NCBI GenBank assembly: GCA_029263335.1
Contig: JAJCXS010000038.1
Span: 5,823 to 69,822, forward strand
From: Acidobacteriota bacterium
GTDB taxonomy: Bacteria; Acidobacteriota; UBA890; WLXD01
DNA length: 64,000 nt
Direction of reading: 5' to 3'
Every line of letters starts with the position of its first letter. The first letter of the stretch is position 1. This document shows positions 31,154 through 40,755 of this stretch, piece after piece. Both the position numbers and the translations under genes were made by a program. The notes beneath the pieces were generated by a model, which saw nothing but the letters and a program-made list of their open reading frames with translations, did not search any database and had not been told where the DNA came from.

Positions 31154-34100
31154 GTACGGCCAACGATGTGCGAGGCGAGGCCAGTGGCAGCGGCGAACGC
31201 GGTGACGCAGCGGCGATGAGGCCACTGCGCGCCCTGCTCGTAACGCAGTTCTTTGGCGCGTTCAACGACAACGCGTGGCGGTTGATCGTCACGTTTCTGG
31301 CCATTCGGGCCCTGGGCGCCGGTGCCGACGAGGCTGCCGCGCAGGGGCAGACGACGATGGCAACACTGGTGCTGACCGTGCCGCTGATCCTCTTTTCCAT
31401 TCCAGCTGGCGCGCTCTCGGACCGGCTGAGTAAGCGCACGGTGATCGTGTCGATGAAGCTGCTGGAGCTTGCTCTCATGGCGGCCGCGACGGTGGCTCTC
31501 GTGCGCGAGCCGAGTGGCGGAGTGCTGGCGTGGTGCGTGCTCGGCGCGATGGGAGCTCAGAGCGCCCTGTTCTCGCCAGCGAAGTACGGCATTCTGCCGG
31601 AGCTGCTGACCCATTCGAAATTGTCGATGGGTAACGGCATGCTCGAGATGTTCTCCACCCTGGCGATTATCGGCGGAACGGTCGCCGGTGGACTCCTGCT
31701 CGCGGCGTCGGGTGCCAACACCTGGATCGCAGCGGCAGTGCTGCTGGCGCTCGCGGTGGGGGGTGTGATGGCGGCCTTCCGGGTGCCCAAGGTCCCGGCG
31801 GCGCGCGCCGCCGGCGGGGTGTTCTCGACCCTTGCGGATGGCTGGCGCGCCGTCCGGGCGGACAGGGTGCTGTGGCTGTCGGTCGTAGGGTCTGCCGCCT
31901 TCTGGCTGGTGGCGAGCGTTCTTTTCCAGGTCGTTGTCGTGTACGTGACCACCGGTCTCGGGATGGGCGAGCGCATGGCGAGCGTCGCGCTGGGCGTGAT
32001 GATGGCCGGCATCGCCGCGGGGAGCGTCGCGGCCGGAAAGCTCTCACGCAATCGAGTGGAGTACGGACTCCTGCCACTCGGTGCTTTGATGATGGCCGTG
32101 CTCACCGTCGTGTTCGGCGTCATGGCGCCCGGCTTCGTCTGGACGGTCGTGCTGCTCGCCCTGCTCGGTTTTGCCTCCGGGTTGTTGAATGTGCCGCTCA
32201 ACGCGCTCAAGCAGTGGCACGCGCCAGCCGATCGCCGCGGCGCGGTCCTCGCGATCGGCAACATCATCAGCTACACGGGGATCTTGCTCGGGTCGCTCGG
32301 GGCGGGTGCGGCGGCCGCAGCGGGCCTGTCGAGTCAGGCGCTCGTGCTGATGGTGGCGGCAGCGGTGATCGCGGGAACGGCGTGGGCGATCTACCTGCTC
32401 CCCGATGCCCTGTTGCGCTTTGTGCTGCTGCTCTCGACCAACACGTTCTACCGGCTCACGGTCGTTGGCGGGGATCACGTTCCAGAGCACGGTGGCGCGC
32501 TGCTCGTTCCCAACCACGTCTCGTTCGTCGACGCGTTCCTGTTGCTTGCCTGCACCGATCGCCCGGTGAGGTTTCTCGCCGACGTGAGCTACTACCACCA
32601 CTGGCTGCTGCGGCCCTTCATGCGCTCGCTGGGAGCCATTCCGATCTCCTCTTCGGGTGGCCCCAAGCTCATTCTGAAGGCCATGCGCGACGCCGGAGAC
32701 GCGATCGATCGTGGCGAGATCGTGTGCATCTTCCCCGAGGGGCAAATCACGCGACTAGGAATGATGTTGCCTTTCCAGCGCGGTTTTGCGCGCATCGTCA
32801 AGGGTCGCGACGTGCCGATCGTGCCGGTCTATCTAGACCGCGTGTGGGGGAGCATTTTCTCGCGTGCCGGCGGCCGGTTCTTTACCAAGGTGCCGAGAAA
32901 ACTGCCGTATCCCGTGACCATTTCGGTGGGGGAGCCATTGCCCGCCGACACGCCGCTCCACGATGTGCGGCGCCACGTTCGCGAGCTCGGCACCGAGGCA
33001 TGGATCAATCGAGCGCACGAGAGCCTGCCACTGCATCACACGCTGGTGCGCCGCTTTCGCCGGCGTCCGTGGAGACTCGCTTTCGCCGACTCTGCCCGTG
33101 GCGAACTGAGCCGCTTCAAGGCGCTCGTTGGTGCCGTGGCCCTTGCCCGAGCTCTGCGACCTTACTGGCAAGGGCAGAAGAACGTCGGCATTCTGCTGCC
33201 CTCGACGGTGGTCGGAGCGTTGATGAACATCGCCACGGCGCTGGCGGGTCGCGTGGCCGTGAACCTGAACTTCACCACCGGCAAGCGTGGCATGGAGGCG
33301 GCGGCTCGCCAGGCCGGGCTGAAGACCGTGGTTACCAGCGGCCTGTTCGTCGCCAAAGCGGAGCTCGAACTGCCCGACGGCGTGGAGCCGATCTTTCTCG
33401 AGGAGTTGGCCAAGGAAATCGGTGCGGGCAGTCGTGTCGTCGCGATGCTGCTGGCGCTGCTGGCGCCCCTGCGATCGCTGGAGCGCGCCTGTGGCGCCGA
33501 CAAGCCGGTGTCCGCTGCCGATGTGGTGACGATTATCTTCTCGTCGGGGAGCACCGGGGAGCCCAAGGGAGTGCCGCTCACGCACTTCAACGTCGACGCC
33601 AACCTCCGCGCCTGTCTGCAGATCGTGCCGATTACCTCTCGGGATCGCCTGATGGGCATGCTGCCGTTCTTTCACTCGTTCGGATATACGGCGGCACTGT
33701 GGATGGTCGTGAGCGTTGGCGTGCCGGCCATCTACCACCCGAACCCACTCGACGCCGCCTCGATTGGCGAACTCGTGCGCAAGTACAGGGCGACGCTCAT
33801 GTTCGCCACGCCCACCTTGCTGCAGCTGTACATGCGACGGATCACCGCCGGCCAGTTCGGCTCGCTACGATTGGTCATCGCCGGTGCGGAGAAACTCCGC
33901 CGCCCTGTGGCCGATGCCTTTCGCGATCATTTCGGCGTCGATCCGATGGAGGGGTACGGGGTCACGGAGACCGCTCCGGTACTTGCCGTCAACGTTCCGG
34001 ATTTCCGTGCCGCGGGTCTCTATCAGCCCGGCTGGCGCCGCGGCACGGTCGGGCAGGTGCTACCCGGCGTGGCGGTGCGCACCGTGGACCCCGAGACCTA

Positions 34101-34620
34101 CGAAGTTCTTCCGCCGGGCGAGGAAGGGATGATCATCGTTCGCGGCCCCAACGTCATGGAGGCATATCTCGACCGGCCCGAACTTACGGAAGCCGCGTTC
34201 CATGACGGCTGGTACATCACCGGCGACATCGGCGTTTTCGACGAGGACGGCTTTCTCCGCATCACCGACCGCTACTCGCGTTTTTCCAAGATCGGCGGCG
34301 AGATGGTTCCGCACGGAGTGATCGAGGAGGCGTTGGAATGCAGCCATGCGGGAGAGGAGCGGACGTTCGCGGTTACTGCCGTGGAGGACGCCAAGAAAGG
34401 CGAGCGCATCGTGGTGATCACCACGCTGGGCCCGGAGGCGCTCCCGCCGATCCTCGAGGACCTGGCCAGGCAGGGACTGCCGAACCTGTTCATACCCCGC
34501 CGCGACGACTTTCTGCAGGTCGAGACGATTCCGTTGCTCGGAACCGGGAAGGTCGATCTGGGAGGGGTGAACCGGCTCGCTGCCGCGCATTTCGGCCCGG
34601 GTCGAACCGCGTCGGCATGA
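31150..34620 (+). CDS. aas: Aas-like trifunctional fusion: LplT-type MFS + PlsC-type acyltransferase + acyl-ACP synthetase
   Basis: TQFFGAFNDN (LplT-like), NHVSFVD and FPEG (acyltransferase), SSGSTGEPKG, GYGVTE and WYITGDIG (AMP-binding). The TTG start overlapping the lutB stop is uncertain. Confidence 0.9.
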   Translation: MSTANDVRGEASGSGERGDAAAMRPLRALLVTQFFGAFNDNAWRLIVTFLAIRALGAGADEAAAQGQTTMATLVLTVPLILFSIPAGALSDRLSKRTVIVSMKLLELALMAAATVALVREPSGGVLAWCVLGAMGAQSALFSPAKYGILPELLTHSKLSMGNGMLEMFSTLAIIGGTVAGGLLLAASGANTWIAAAVLLALAVGGVMAAFRVPKVPAARAAGGVFSTLADGWRAVRADRVLWLSVVGSAAFWLVASVLFQVVVVYVTTGLGMGERMASVALGVMMAGIAAGSVAAGKLSRNRVEYGLLPLGALMMAVLTVVFGVMAPGFVWTVVLLALLGFASGLLNVPLNALKQWHAPADRRGAVLAIGNIISYTGILLGSLGAGAAAAAGLSSQALVLMVAAAVIAGTAWAIYLLPDALLRFVLLLSTNTFYRLTVVGGDHVPEHGGALLVPNHVSFVDAFLLLACTDRPVRFLADVSYYHHWLLRPFMRSLGAIPISSSGGPKLILKAMRDAGDAIDRGEIVCIFPEGQITRLGMMLPFQRGFARIVKGRDVPIVPVYLDRVWGSIFSRAGGRFFTKVPRKLPYPVTISVGEPLPADTPLHDVRRHVRELGTEAWINRAHESLPLHHTLVRRFRRRPWRLAFADSARGELSRFKALVGAVALARALRPYWQGQKNVGILLPSTVVGALMNIATALAGRVAVNLNFTTGKRGMEAAARQAGLKTVVTSGLFVAKAELELPDGVEPIFLEELAKEIGAGSRVVAMLLALLAPLRSLERACGADKPVSAADVVTIIFSSGSTGEPKGVPLTHFNVDANLRACLQIVPITSRDRLMGMLPFFHSFGYTAALWMVVSVGVPAIYHPNPLDAASIGELVRKYRATLMFATPTLLQLYMRRITAGQFGSLRLVIAGAEKLRRPVADAFRDHFGVDPMEGYGVTETAPVLAVNVPDFRAAGLYQPGWRRGTVGQVLPGVAVRTVDPETYEVLPPGEEGMIIVRGPNVMEAYLDRPELTEAAFHDGWYITGDIGVFDEDGFLRITDRYSRFSKIGGEMVPHGVIEEALECSHAGEERTFAVTAVEDAKKGERIVVITTLGPEALPPILEDLARQGLPNLFIPRRDDFLQVETIPLLGTGKVDLGGVNRLAAAHFGPGRTASA

Positions 34621-34624
34621 CCTT

Positions 34625-34653
34625 GTAAGCGGCCCGTGCCGCGGCTACAGTTC
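34625..34653 (+). promoter_or_regulatory. Candidate sigma70 promoter
   Basis: TTGTAA-N17-TACAGT upstream of the ATG at 34697. Confidence 0.4.
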
Positions 34654-34696
34654 GGGACGCTCTTCGCATCGTCATGGATTCCAGTCAGGAGGTTGT

Positions 34697-35437
34697 ATGC
34701 GCCACCGTGTTCTAGTTCTCGCCGTCATGCTCGTCGCGCTGGTTGGCTTCGGGTGTTCCTCATATGACGACTCGCTCGAGGAGCCCGTCGCGGAAGCCGA
34801 TCACGAGGGTGGCGATACGGACGCCGATGACGGCGATCATGAGCACGGCGTCGAGGGCAACGAGCGTGATGGCTACTCGAAGCCCGATGAGGTGTATGCG
34901 TTTCTCGGCATCAACGAAGGCGATACGGTCGTGGATCTCATGGCGGGAGGCGGCTACAACGCCGAGCGGCTAGCCCCCCTGGTGGGTGCCGAGGGGGTCG
35001 TAGTCGTCGAGCGCGGCAGCGAAGATTTCCAGGAGCGGGCCGTGGGCGGCGATCTGTCGGACTACAGCTTCGCTTTTGTCGGAGATGTCGCTGAGATCGA
35101 GGACAGCACTGTCAACGCCGTGGTCGCCGTACGCGCCTACCACCTGTTCGCGGACGTGCCCGCCAAGCTCGCACAGCTACACCGTGCCATGGTTCCCGGC
35201 GGTGTCGTCGGTGTCGTGGAGGTGCGCTTGAACGAGACGGAAGGCCACAACATGGAGTCGCATCGTGTGGGCGAACAGACGGTGATCGGCGATTTCGAGG
35301 CGGCCGGCTTCGAGTACGTTGGCGAGTCGGACATCTTGCGCCGAGACGACGATGACTACGCCGTGTACGTGGTCGAGGGCAAGACCCGCTTTCACACGGA
35401 TCGCATGTTGCTGAAGTTCCGTAAACCCGCGAACTGA
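34697..35437 (+). CDS. Class I SAM-methyltransferase-like lipoprotein with His/Asp-rich linker
   Basis: Lipobox GFGC, VVDLMAGGGY glycine loop, YHLF and LKFRKP ending. RBS AGGAGG. Confidence 0.7.
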   Translation: MRHRVLVLAVMLVALVGFGCSSYDDSLEEPVAEADHEGGDTDADDGDHEHGVEGNERDGYSKPDEVYAFLGINEGDTVVDLMAGGGYNAERLAPLVGAEGVVVVERGSEDFQERAVGGDLSDYSFAFVGDVAEIEDSTVNAVVAVRAYHLFADVPAKLAQLHRAMVPGGVVGVVEVRLNETEGHNMESHRVGEQTVIGDFEAAGFEYVGESDILRRDDDDYAVYVVEGKTRFHTDRMLLKFRKPAN

Positions 35438-35452
35438 GCGCAGGCCAAGCGG

Positions 35453-36943
35453 CTACCGGCCTGCCGATCGTCCGGCGAGGGCACCCGCGACGGCCGCTAG
35501 CGAGCCCCAGAGGATGAACCCGAGCCCGGAGCCGGCCAGCCAGGCCGGCTCCAGCCCGGCGAGGGGACCGTACACCTCGAGGAAGTAGGCGCTTACTGTG
35601 CCCGTGAGCCCGGCGCCGGCCGACCAGCTCACCATGCGGGCAGTGGCCCAGGGCAGGAAAACCGCTGCGACGGGGAAGGCCACCGCCGTGGTCAGCACTC
35701 CCGATGACAGATAGAAGATGTCCCACAGGGATTCTGTGCCGAGCGCAAACAGGGCCGCGCCGGCGAGCGACGCGAGCGTGACACGGCGCGAGATACGCCG
35801 CCCAGCCGCAGCGTTCCGCTCGTGCGCGCGCAGCATGTCGTAGGCGATCGACAGCGCCATCACGTTGGCGCAGGTATCGATAGTGCTCATGGCCGCAGCC
35901 ACCAGTCCTACCGCCACCAGAACCGCCACCCAGGCGGGGGCAAATTGGCTCACGAGTGCGCTGAAGACACCGTCGGCCTCGTTGCCTATCGCGGCAGGAA
36001 AGACACCGTCCTGCATCGGGAACAGAACCAGCGCGGAGATGCCGATGAACGCCGGCAGCAGACCGATGAAGAGCACCGAGTTGGCTGCGGCGAACAACAA
36101 CCCCCGGCGCGCTGCTCGGGTATCGCGGGCGGCCTGCACGCGCAGCCACAGGTCGGTCTCGAACAGCCAGCCCGGCAGATAGGTGACGAACGTCAGCGCG
36201 ATGGTAGCGATGCCGCCTGCCAGCAGGTGAGTCCATGGCAGGTCGGACTTGGCGCCGTGCACCGGCGCCTCGACCAGCCTCCATAGGCCGGTGATCGCGG
36301 TCGGGTCGGGAGAGAGGCCGTTGCCGTTGCCGTTGGCGGTGAGCCCACGGTGGGTCAGCCACGCCATGGCCAGGATGTACAGCGCGACCACTCCATACTG
36401 GAGCTTGTCGGTATCGACGACCGCTCGGAACCCTCCCATGACCGAGTAGATACCGACGACGCCTGCGATCATCAGCACCAGCAGCCAGCGTGGGGCCGCC
36501 ATCTGCGGTGCCAGCAGGCTGGCTGCCACGTAGATCTCGGCCCCCGCCCATGCCAGGAAGACGAGCGCAAGGGCGAGCGCCACGACGGTGCGCGCACTCT
36601 GCCCGAACCGCTGGCCGACCATCTCGGGTTGGCTGAAGGCTTCGAGCCCGTGGTAACGACGGGCGAGCCAGTAAATTCCTCCCAGTGCGCATAACCACGG
36701 AATCGTCATCAGCCACAGAGCGCCCAGGCCGTACCAGTAGAAGAGCTGAACGGCGTACACGCACGACCAGGAAATCGACAGGAACCCGGCTGAGAGGGAG
36801 ACGCCCACCTCGAGGCCGGACAGTGACCGTCCGGCAGTCCAGAACTCGACACCGCTCGCCGACGTGGCGGTGGTGCGTGCCGCCCGGGCGCCCAGCCAGA
36901 TGGCCAGTGCCGAGTAACCGATGAAGGCGAACCAGATGCTCAT
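35453..36943 (-). CDS. Sodium:solute symporter (SSS) family transporter
   Basis: FWTAGRSL, YSVMGGFRAVVDTDKLQ and AAMSTIDT; about 13 hydrophobic segments. Confidence 0.85.
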   Translation of the reverse strand: MSIWFAFIGYSALAIWLGARAARTTATSASGVEFWTAGRSLSGLEVGVSLSAGFLSISWSCVYAVQLFYWYGLGALWLMTIPWLCALGGIYWLARRYHGLEAFSQPEMVGQRFGQSARTVVALALALVFLAWAGAEIYVAASLLAPQMAAPRWLLVLMIAGVVGIYSVMGGFRAVVDTDKLQYGVVALYILAMAWLTHRGLTANGNGNGLSPDPTAITGLWRLVEAPVHGAKSDLPWTHLLAGGIATIALTFVTYLPGWLFETDLWLRVQAARDTRAARRGLLFAAANSVLFIGLLPAFIGISALVLFPMQDGVFPAAIGNEADGVFSALVSQFAPAWVAVLVAVGLVAAAMSTIDTCANVMALSIAYDMLRAHERNAAAGRRISRRVTLASLAGAALFALGTESLWDIFYLSSGVLTTAVAFPVAAVFLPWATARMVSWSAGAGLTGTVSAYFLEVYGPLAGLEPAWLAGSGLGFILWGSLAAVAGALAGRSAGR

Positions 36944-37047
36944 GGCGGCCGATTCTCGCAGATCGGCAGGCTGGCTACCCGCCTCGCTGCTTTGCGATAC
37001 CTTTTTGCGGATCGCCCCGTGCTCCGCGATCCCAAAAGGTCTTGCCG

Positions 37048-39354
37048 ATGCTCCGACTCTCGAACTCCAGTCTGCGGTGTTCGTACGCCTTGCTGGTCTG
37101 CCTGCTGTGGGCCGCCTCGGTGGCGGGTGCGCAAGAAGCCACGGACGCCGCAGAGGCTGTGCCCGCCGACACCAGCCGGCGGGTCGACCTCGTCGCCCAG
37201 CACGCCGCGACTGATCCGGATCGCAACTACGTGGTGCGCGCCGTATTTACGGGCGTGGCGCCAGAGATCGACGGCCATCTCGACGACCCCGCATGGCGGA
37301 ACGCCGAGCCGATCGTGAATTTCACGCAATCGCAGCCCGACGAGGGCACGCCGTCCACCGAGCGAACCGAGGTGCGCGTTCTCTACGACGGCGAGTATCT
37401 CTATGTCTCGGCAATGATGTGGGATAGCCGTCCCGACCAGATGGTGGCAACGGTGCTGCGACGCGACGAGAGCCACAACGACAACGATGCCTTCGCGGTC
37501 ACGCTCGATACCTTCCATGACCATCGCAACGGGTTCTTCTTCGAAACCAACGCCCATGGCGCGTTGTTCGATGCTCAGATTATTGGGGAGGGCGGTACGT
37601 CCGGCCCTGGCGGAGGCTCGGGGTCGACTTTCAACGACGACTGGGACGCCGTCTGGTACGCCGCGGGGCAGACAAGAGAAGACGGTTGGTCGGTAGAGAT
37701 CGCCATCCCGTTCTGGGCCTTGCGATTTGATCGCTCGGCCACCGAGGCCTGGGGGATCAACTTTCGTCGGCAGATACGTCGCAAGACGGAATCCGCGTAC
37801 TGGGCACCCGTGCCGCGGCAGTTCAACGCCACGCGCCTGTCTCTCTCGGGCCTCCTTGTGGGAATGGACAATGTTGCGCGGCCGCGCAATCTGCAGATCA
37901 AACCGTTTGCGCTGGGCGATGTCGGGCAGTTCCCTGCCGGACCCGAGTCGATGCCGAACTCGGTCCATACCACCGAGTGGGGTGGTGACATCGGCGGCGA
38001 CATCAAGTGGTCGATCACACCGAACTGGACGTTGGACGGCACCGTCAACACAGACTTCGCTCAGGTTGAGGCGGACGATGTGCAGATCAACCTGACACGG
38101 TTTCCGCTGTTTTTCCCAGAGAAGCGCGAGTTCTTTCTGGAGAATGCCGGGTTGTTTCAGTTCGGGTCGTCATCCGGCCGGGGAGGGCCGCGGGTCATCG
38201 GTTTCCACTCGCGCCGCATCGGCGTCTTCTCCGGCGAGGAGGTCCCGATCCTGGCGGGCGCACGCGTTACCGGGAAATCCGGGGGGTGGAACCTCGGCGG
38301 TGTGACCATGCAGACGCGCAAACTCGACGATCTCGGGCTGCCCACGGAGAACCACAGCGTGCTTCGTGTTCGACGTGACGTGGGTAGTCGTTCCAGTGTC
38401 GGAGCGCTGTTCACCAACCGCCAGGCGAGTGGTTCCGACTACAACCGCACGATGGGATTCGACGGGCGGTGGGCGCTGAACGATCGGACCACGGTGGATG
38501 GATGGGTCATGAGGACCGCGACTCCAGGGATCGAAGCGGAGTCCGAGTGGGCGGGGGCCGTCTCGGCCAACTGGGCGAGCCCCGAGTGGCAGGTGACGGT
38601 CGCGGCGATGGACGTCGGCGACGGGTTCAACCCGGAACTCGGTTTCGTCAACCGCACTGGCCTCCGTTCGTTCAATCTCAACACCTTCTGGACTCCCTAT
38701 TTCCCGGATTCGACCTGGCTCCGGAATCTCGGCCCGCACGTCACCTTCCAGTACCTGACGGATCGCGATGGCCGCTTGCTGTCACGCTTTCTGCACATGG
38801 ACTACGACATGTTCCTCAAGCGGGGAGACAAGCTGTCGGTCGCGCACAACCGGCGTTTCGAGCAGCTCGACCTGCCGTTCGAGATCGTTCCGGGCGTGGT
38901 GATCCCGGCGGGGGCCTATGGCTTTGACGAGATCCAACTCGAGGCGCAGTCGGACCCGAGTCGCGTGGGATGGGTGCGAGCGCTCTACACCTGGGGCACG
39001 TTCTGGAACGGCCGCACGAAGAACTGGGATCTGAGCGCCGGTTTCCGCATGGGGGCTCGATTCAACGCCTCGGGGTCGGTGCGACTCAACGACGTTACCC
39101 TGGCCGGCGGCGATTTCAAGACGACCCTGGCGAGTTCGCGGATCGCCTACGACTTCAACACCCGCCTGTTCCTGTCGGCGCTGCTTCAGTACGACAGCCT
39201 CACCGACCGGTTCCTCTCGAACGTTCGGCTGCGCTACAACTATGAGCCGCTCTCGGACATCTTCCTTGTCTACAACGAGTCGCGGCTGACCGAGAACCCC
39301 GCATTGATCGACCGCTCGATCATCCTCAAGATCACCAAACTCCTAAGGCTCTAG
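37048..39354 (+). CDS. DUF5916 / CBM9-like domain outer-membrane protein
   Basis: Signal peptide, PEIDGHLDD..W, TFHDHRNGFFF, WSVEIAIPF, WGINF, NTDFAQVEAD and FFPEKREFFLE; beta-strand-rich C-terminus. Confidence 0.8.
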   Translation: MLRLSNSSLRCSYALLVCLLWAASVAGAQEATDAAEAVPADTSRRVDLVAQHAATDPDRNYVVRAVFTGVAPEIDGHLDDPAWRNAEPIVNFTQSQPDEGTPSTERTEVRVLYDGEYLYVSAMMWDSRPDQMVATVLRRDESHNDNDAFAVTLDTFHDHRNGFFFETNAHGALFDAQIIGEGGTSGPGGGSGSTFNDDWDAVWYAAGQTREDGWSVEIAIPFWALRFDRSATEAWGINFRRQIRRKTESAYWAPVPRQFNATRLSLSGLLVGMDNVARPRNLQIKPFALGDVGQFPAGPESMPNSVHTTEWGGDIGGDIKWSITPNWTLDGTVNTDFAQVEADDVQINLTRFPLFFPEKREFFLENAGLFQFGSSSGRGGPRVIGFHSRRIGVFSGEEVPILAGARVTGKSGGWNLGGVTMQTRKLDDLGLPTENHSVLRVRRDVGSRSSVGALFTNRQASGSDYNRTMGFDGRWALNDRTTVDGWVMRTATPGIEAESEWAGAVSANWASPEWQVTVAAMDVGDGFNPELGFVNRTGLRSFNLNTFWTPYFPDSTWLRNLGPHVTFQYLTDRDGRLLSRFLHMDYDMFLKRGDKLSVAHNRRFEQLDLPFEIVPGVVIPAGAYGFDEIQLEAQSDPSRVGWVRALYTWGTFWNGRTKNWDLSAGFRMGARFNASGSVRLNDVTLAGGDFKTTLASSRIAYDFNTRLFLSALLQYDSLTDRFLSNVRLRYNYEPLSDIFLVYNESRLTENPALIDRSIILKITKLLRL

Positions 39355-39431
39355 CGTCTCGTCCGGTGCGCTGCCGGTTGGTCAGGAGATGCGAGCACGA
39401 AACGGTTCGGGTCTGTTTCGGCGCAAAAGTC

Positions 39432-39465
39432 GAGGGCCCGGAAAACCGAAGTTCTCCGGGCCCTC
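39432..39465 (-). terminator. Intrinsic terminator-like hairpin between convergent genes
   Basis: GAGGGCCCGGA...TCCGGGCCCTC with a short T-run on the minus-strand 3' side. Confidence 0.65.
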
Positions 39466-39519
39466 TATACCCCAGCCGTGGGGTGCCTGAAGTCTAGCAC
39501 CCTCGGCGCGTTCAGCGCT

Positions 39520-40047
39520 CTACCACATGCGGATGTGGACTTCCTCGTCGCCGTCGATTACGTGCACGAGATCGCCGCTAGGCGCCGCGCGGAGCGCGCC
39601 CACCAGGCGTGAAGCGCGGAACATGTTCTCTTCCTCATCGTAGGCATCGACCATGGCGGCGAGGGACGCCAACGGAATGCGAACATTCACTTTGGTTCCG
39701 TGTCCCTCGTCCACCTGGACCCGCATCACGTCGTCTTCCTTGAAGACACGGACGTGGTCGCTGCCGTCGATCACCTCGACCAGCATCGCGTCAGCCGGAA
39801 TCGCTCTCAGCTCGTCGACGAACCGTGCCAGGTACGGCAGGTACTCGCCGACCTCGCTGTCCATCTGGATGTACTTGGCTTCGTCGGGCGCAAATGCCAC
39901 AGCCACCTGGGCCAGCGACAGCGGCACCGGGACGATGATATGAACATCGTCGGCGTCGACCTCGACGATCATCACCGAGGAGTTGGCTACCACGCCGCCC
40001 ACGAGGGCGACCGGCAGCATGGTCAGTGCGGCGAGCTTGATGAACAT
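39520..40047 (-). CDS. Exported/membrane-anchored hypothetical protein with internal two-fold repeat
   Basis: N-terminal hydrophobic segment; starts 3 nt after the upstream gene's stop; sequence similarity to 40051-40632. Confidence 0.7.
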   Translation of the reverse strand: MFIKLAALTMLPVALVGGVVANSSVMIVEVDADDVHIIVPVPLSLAQVAVAFAPDEAKYIQMDSEVGEYLPYLARFVDELRAIPADAMLVEVIDGSDHVRVFKEDDVMRVQVDEGHGTKVNVRIPLASLAAMVDAYDEEENMFRASRLVGALRAAPSGDLVHVIDGDEEVHIRMW

Positions 40048-40050
40048 GAC

Positions 40051-40632
40051 TTAGCCCTGCGGGTTGGCGTCGATCCAGATGCGCACGGTGGTGTCGCCAT
40101 CGTTGACCTGGAGGATTTCACCGTTGTTGGTGTTGGCCATCTCGGTCAGGGCGCCGACGAGGTTGAGTTCGTTGTCCTCGCCTTCCAGCAGTACATCGAC
40201 GACCGAGAAGGGTACCTGCAGGCGCACCTTATCATCGCCGTCTTCGTCGACCTCGATGAACACGGTATCTTCGCGGCGATAGATGTTGACGGTCTCGTCG
40301 TCGCCCTGAACCTGGACGTAGTCGGCGTCACCGGCGTCGCGGAGTTCGGCCCACATGCGGCGCAGGTCATCGATCTCGACATCGTGTCTGCCGCCGAACC
40401 GAACGTGCCCGTCGAACTCGTCGCCGAAGTCCATGTCGCCATCAAAGGCGTGCTTCTGGGCGAGTTCCATGGCTACCGAGATCAGCGACATCGGCAGGTT
40501 GACGTTTACGCTGGTGCCTTCGTCTTCCATGACGCGGATGTGAATCCAGCCGGCATCTTGGGCCTGCGCGGTCGCGCCCACGGCCAGGAGCATGGCGGCT
40601 CCGATGGCGAGAGAGAGTAGCTTGCGGTTCAT
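40051..40632 (-). CDS. Secreted hypothetical protein with internal two-fold repeat
   Basis: Signal peptide ending AQA-QD; RBS GGAGG; paralog of the downstream gene. Confidence 0.75.
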   Translation of the reverse strand: MNRKLLSLAIGAAMLLAVGATAQAQDAGWIHIRVMEDEGTSVNVNLPMSLISVAMELAQKHAFDGDMDFGDEFDGHVRFGGRHDVEIDDLRRMWAELRDAGDADYVQVQGDDETVNIYRREDTVFIEVDEDGDDKVRLQVPFSVVDVLLEGEDNELNLVGALTEMANTNNGEILQVNDGDTTVRIWIDANPQG

Positions 40633-40684
40633 AGTGTCCTCCGCATGGTCACTGGTGTTGATGGAAGCATGGTGCTTATCTGGC

Positions 40685-40713
40685 TCTACGGCCGCCCGGC
40701 CGCCCAAGTTTCG
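40685..40713 (-). promoter_or_regulatory. Candidate ECF promoter (proximal)
   Basis: Minus strand CGAAACT-N16-CGTAGA. Confidence 0.65.
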
Positions 40714-40726
40714 CCATTGGAGAGAA

Positions 40727-40755
40727 CAGACGCCGAAACGCGGCCGGAAGTTTCA
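40727..40755 (-). promoter_or_regulatory. Candidate ECF promoter (distal)
   Basis: Minus strand TGAAACT-N16-CGTCTG. Confidence 0.65.
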
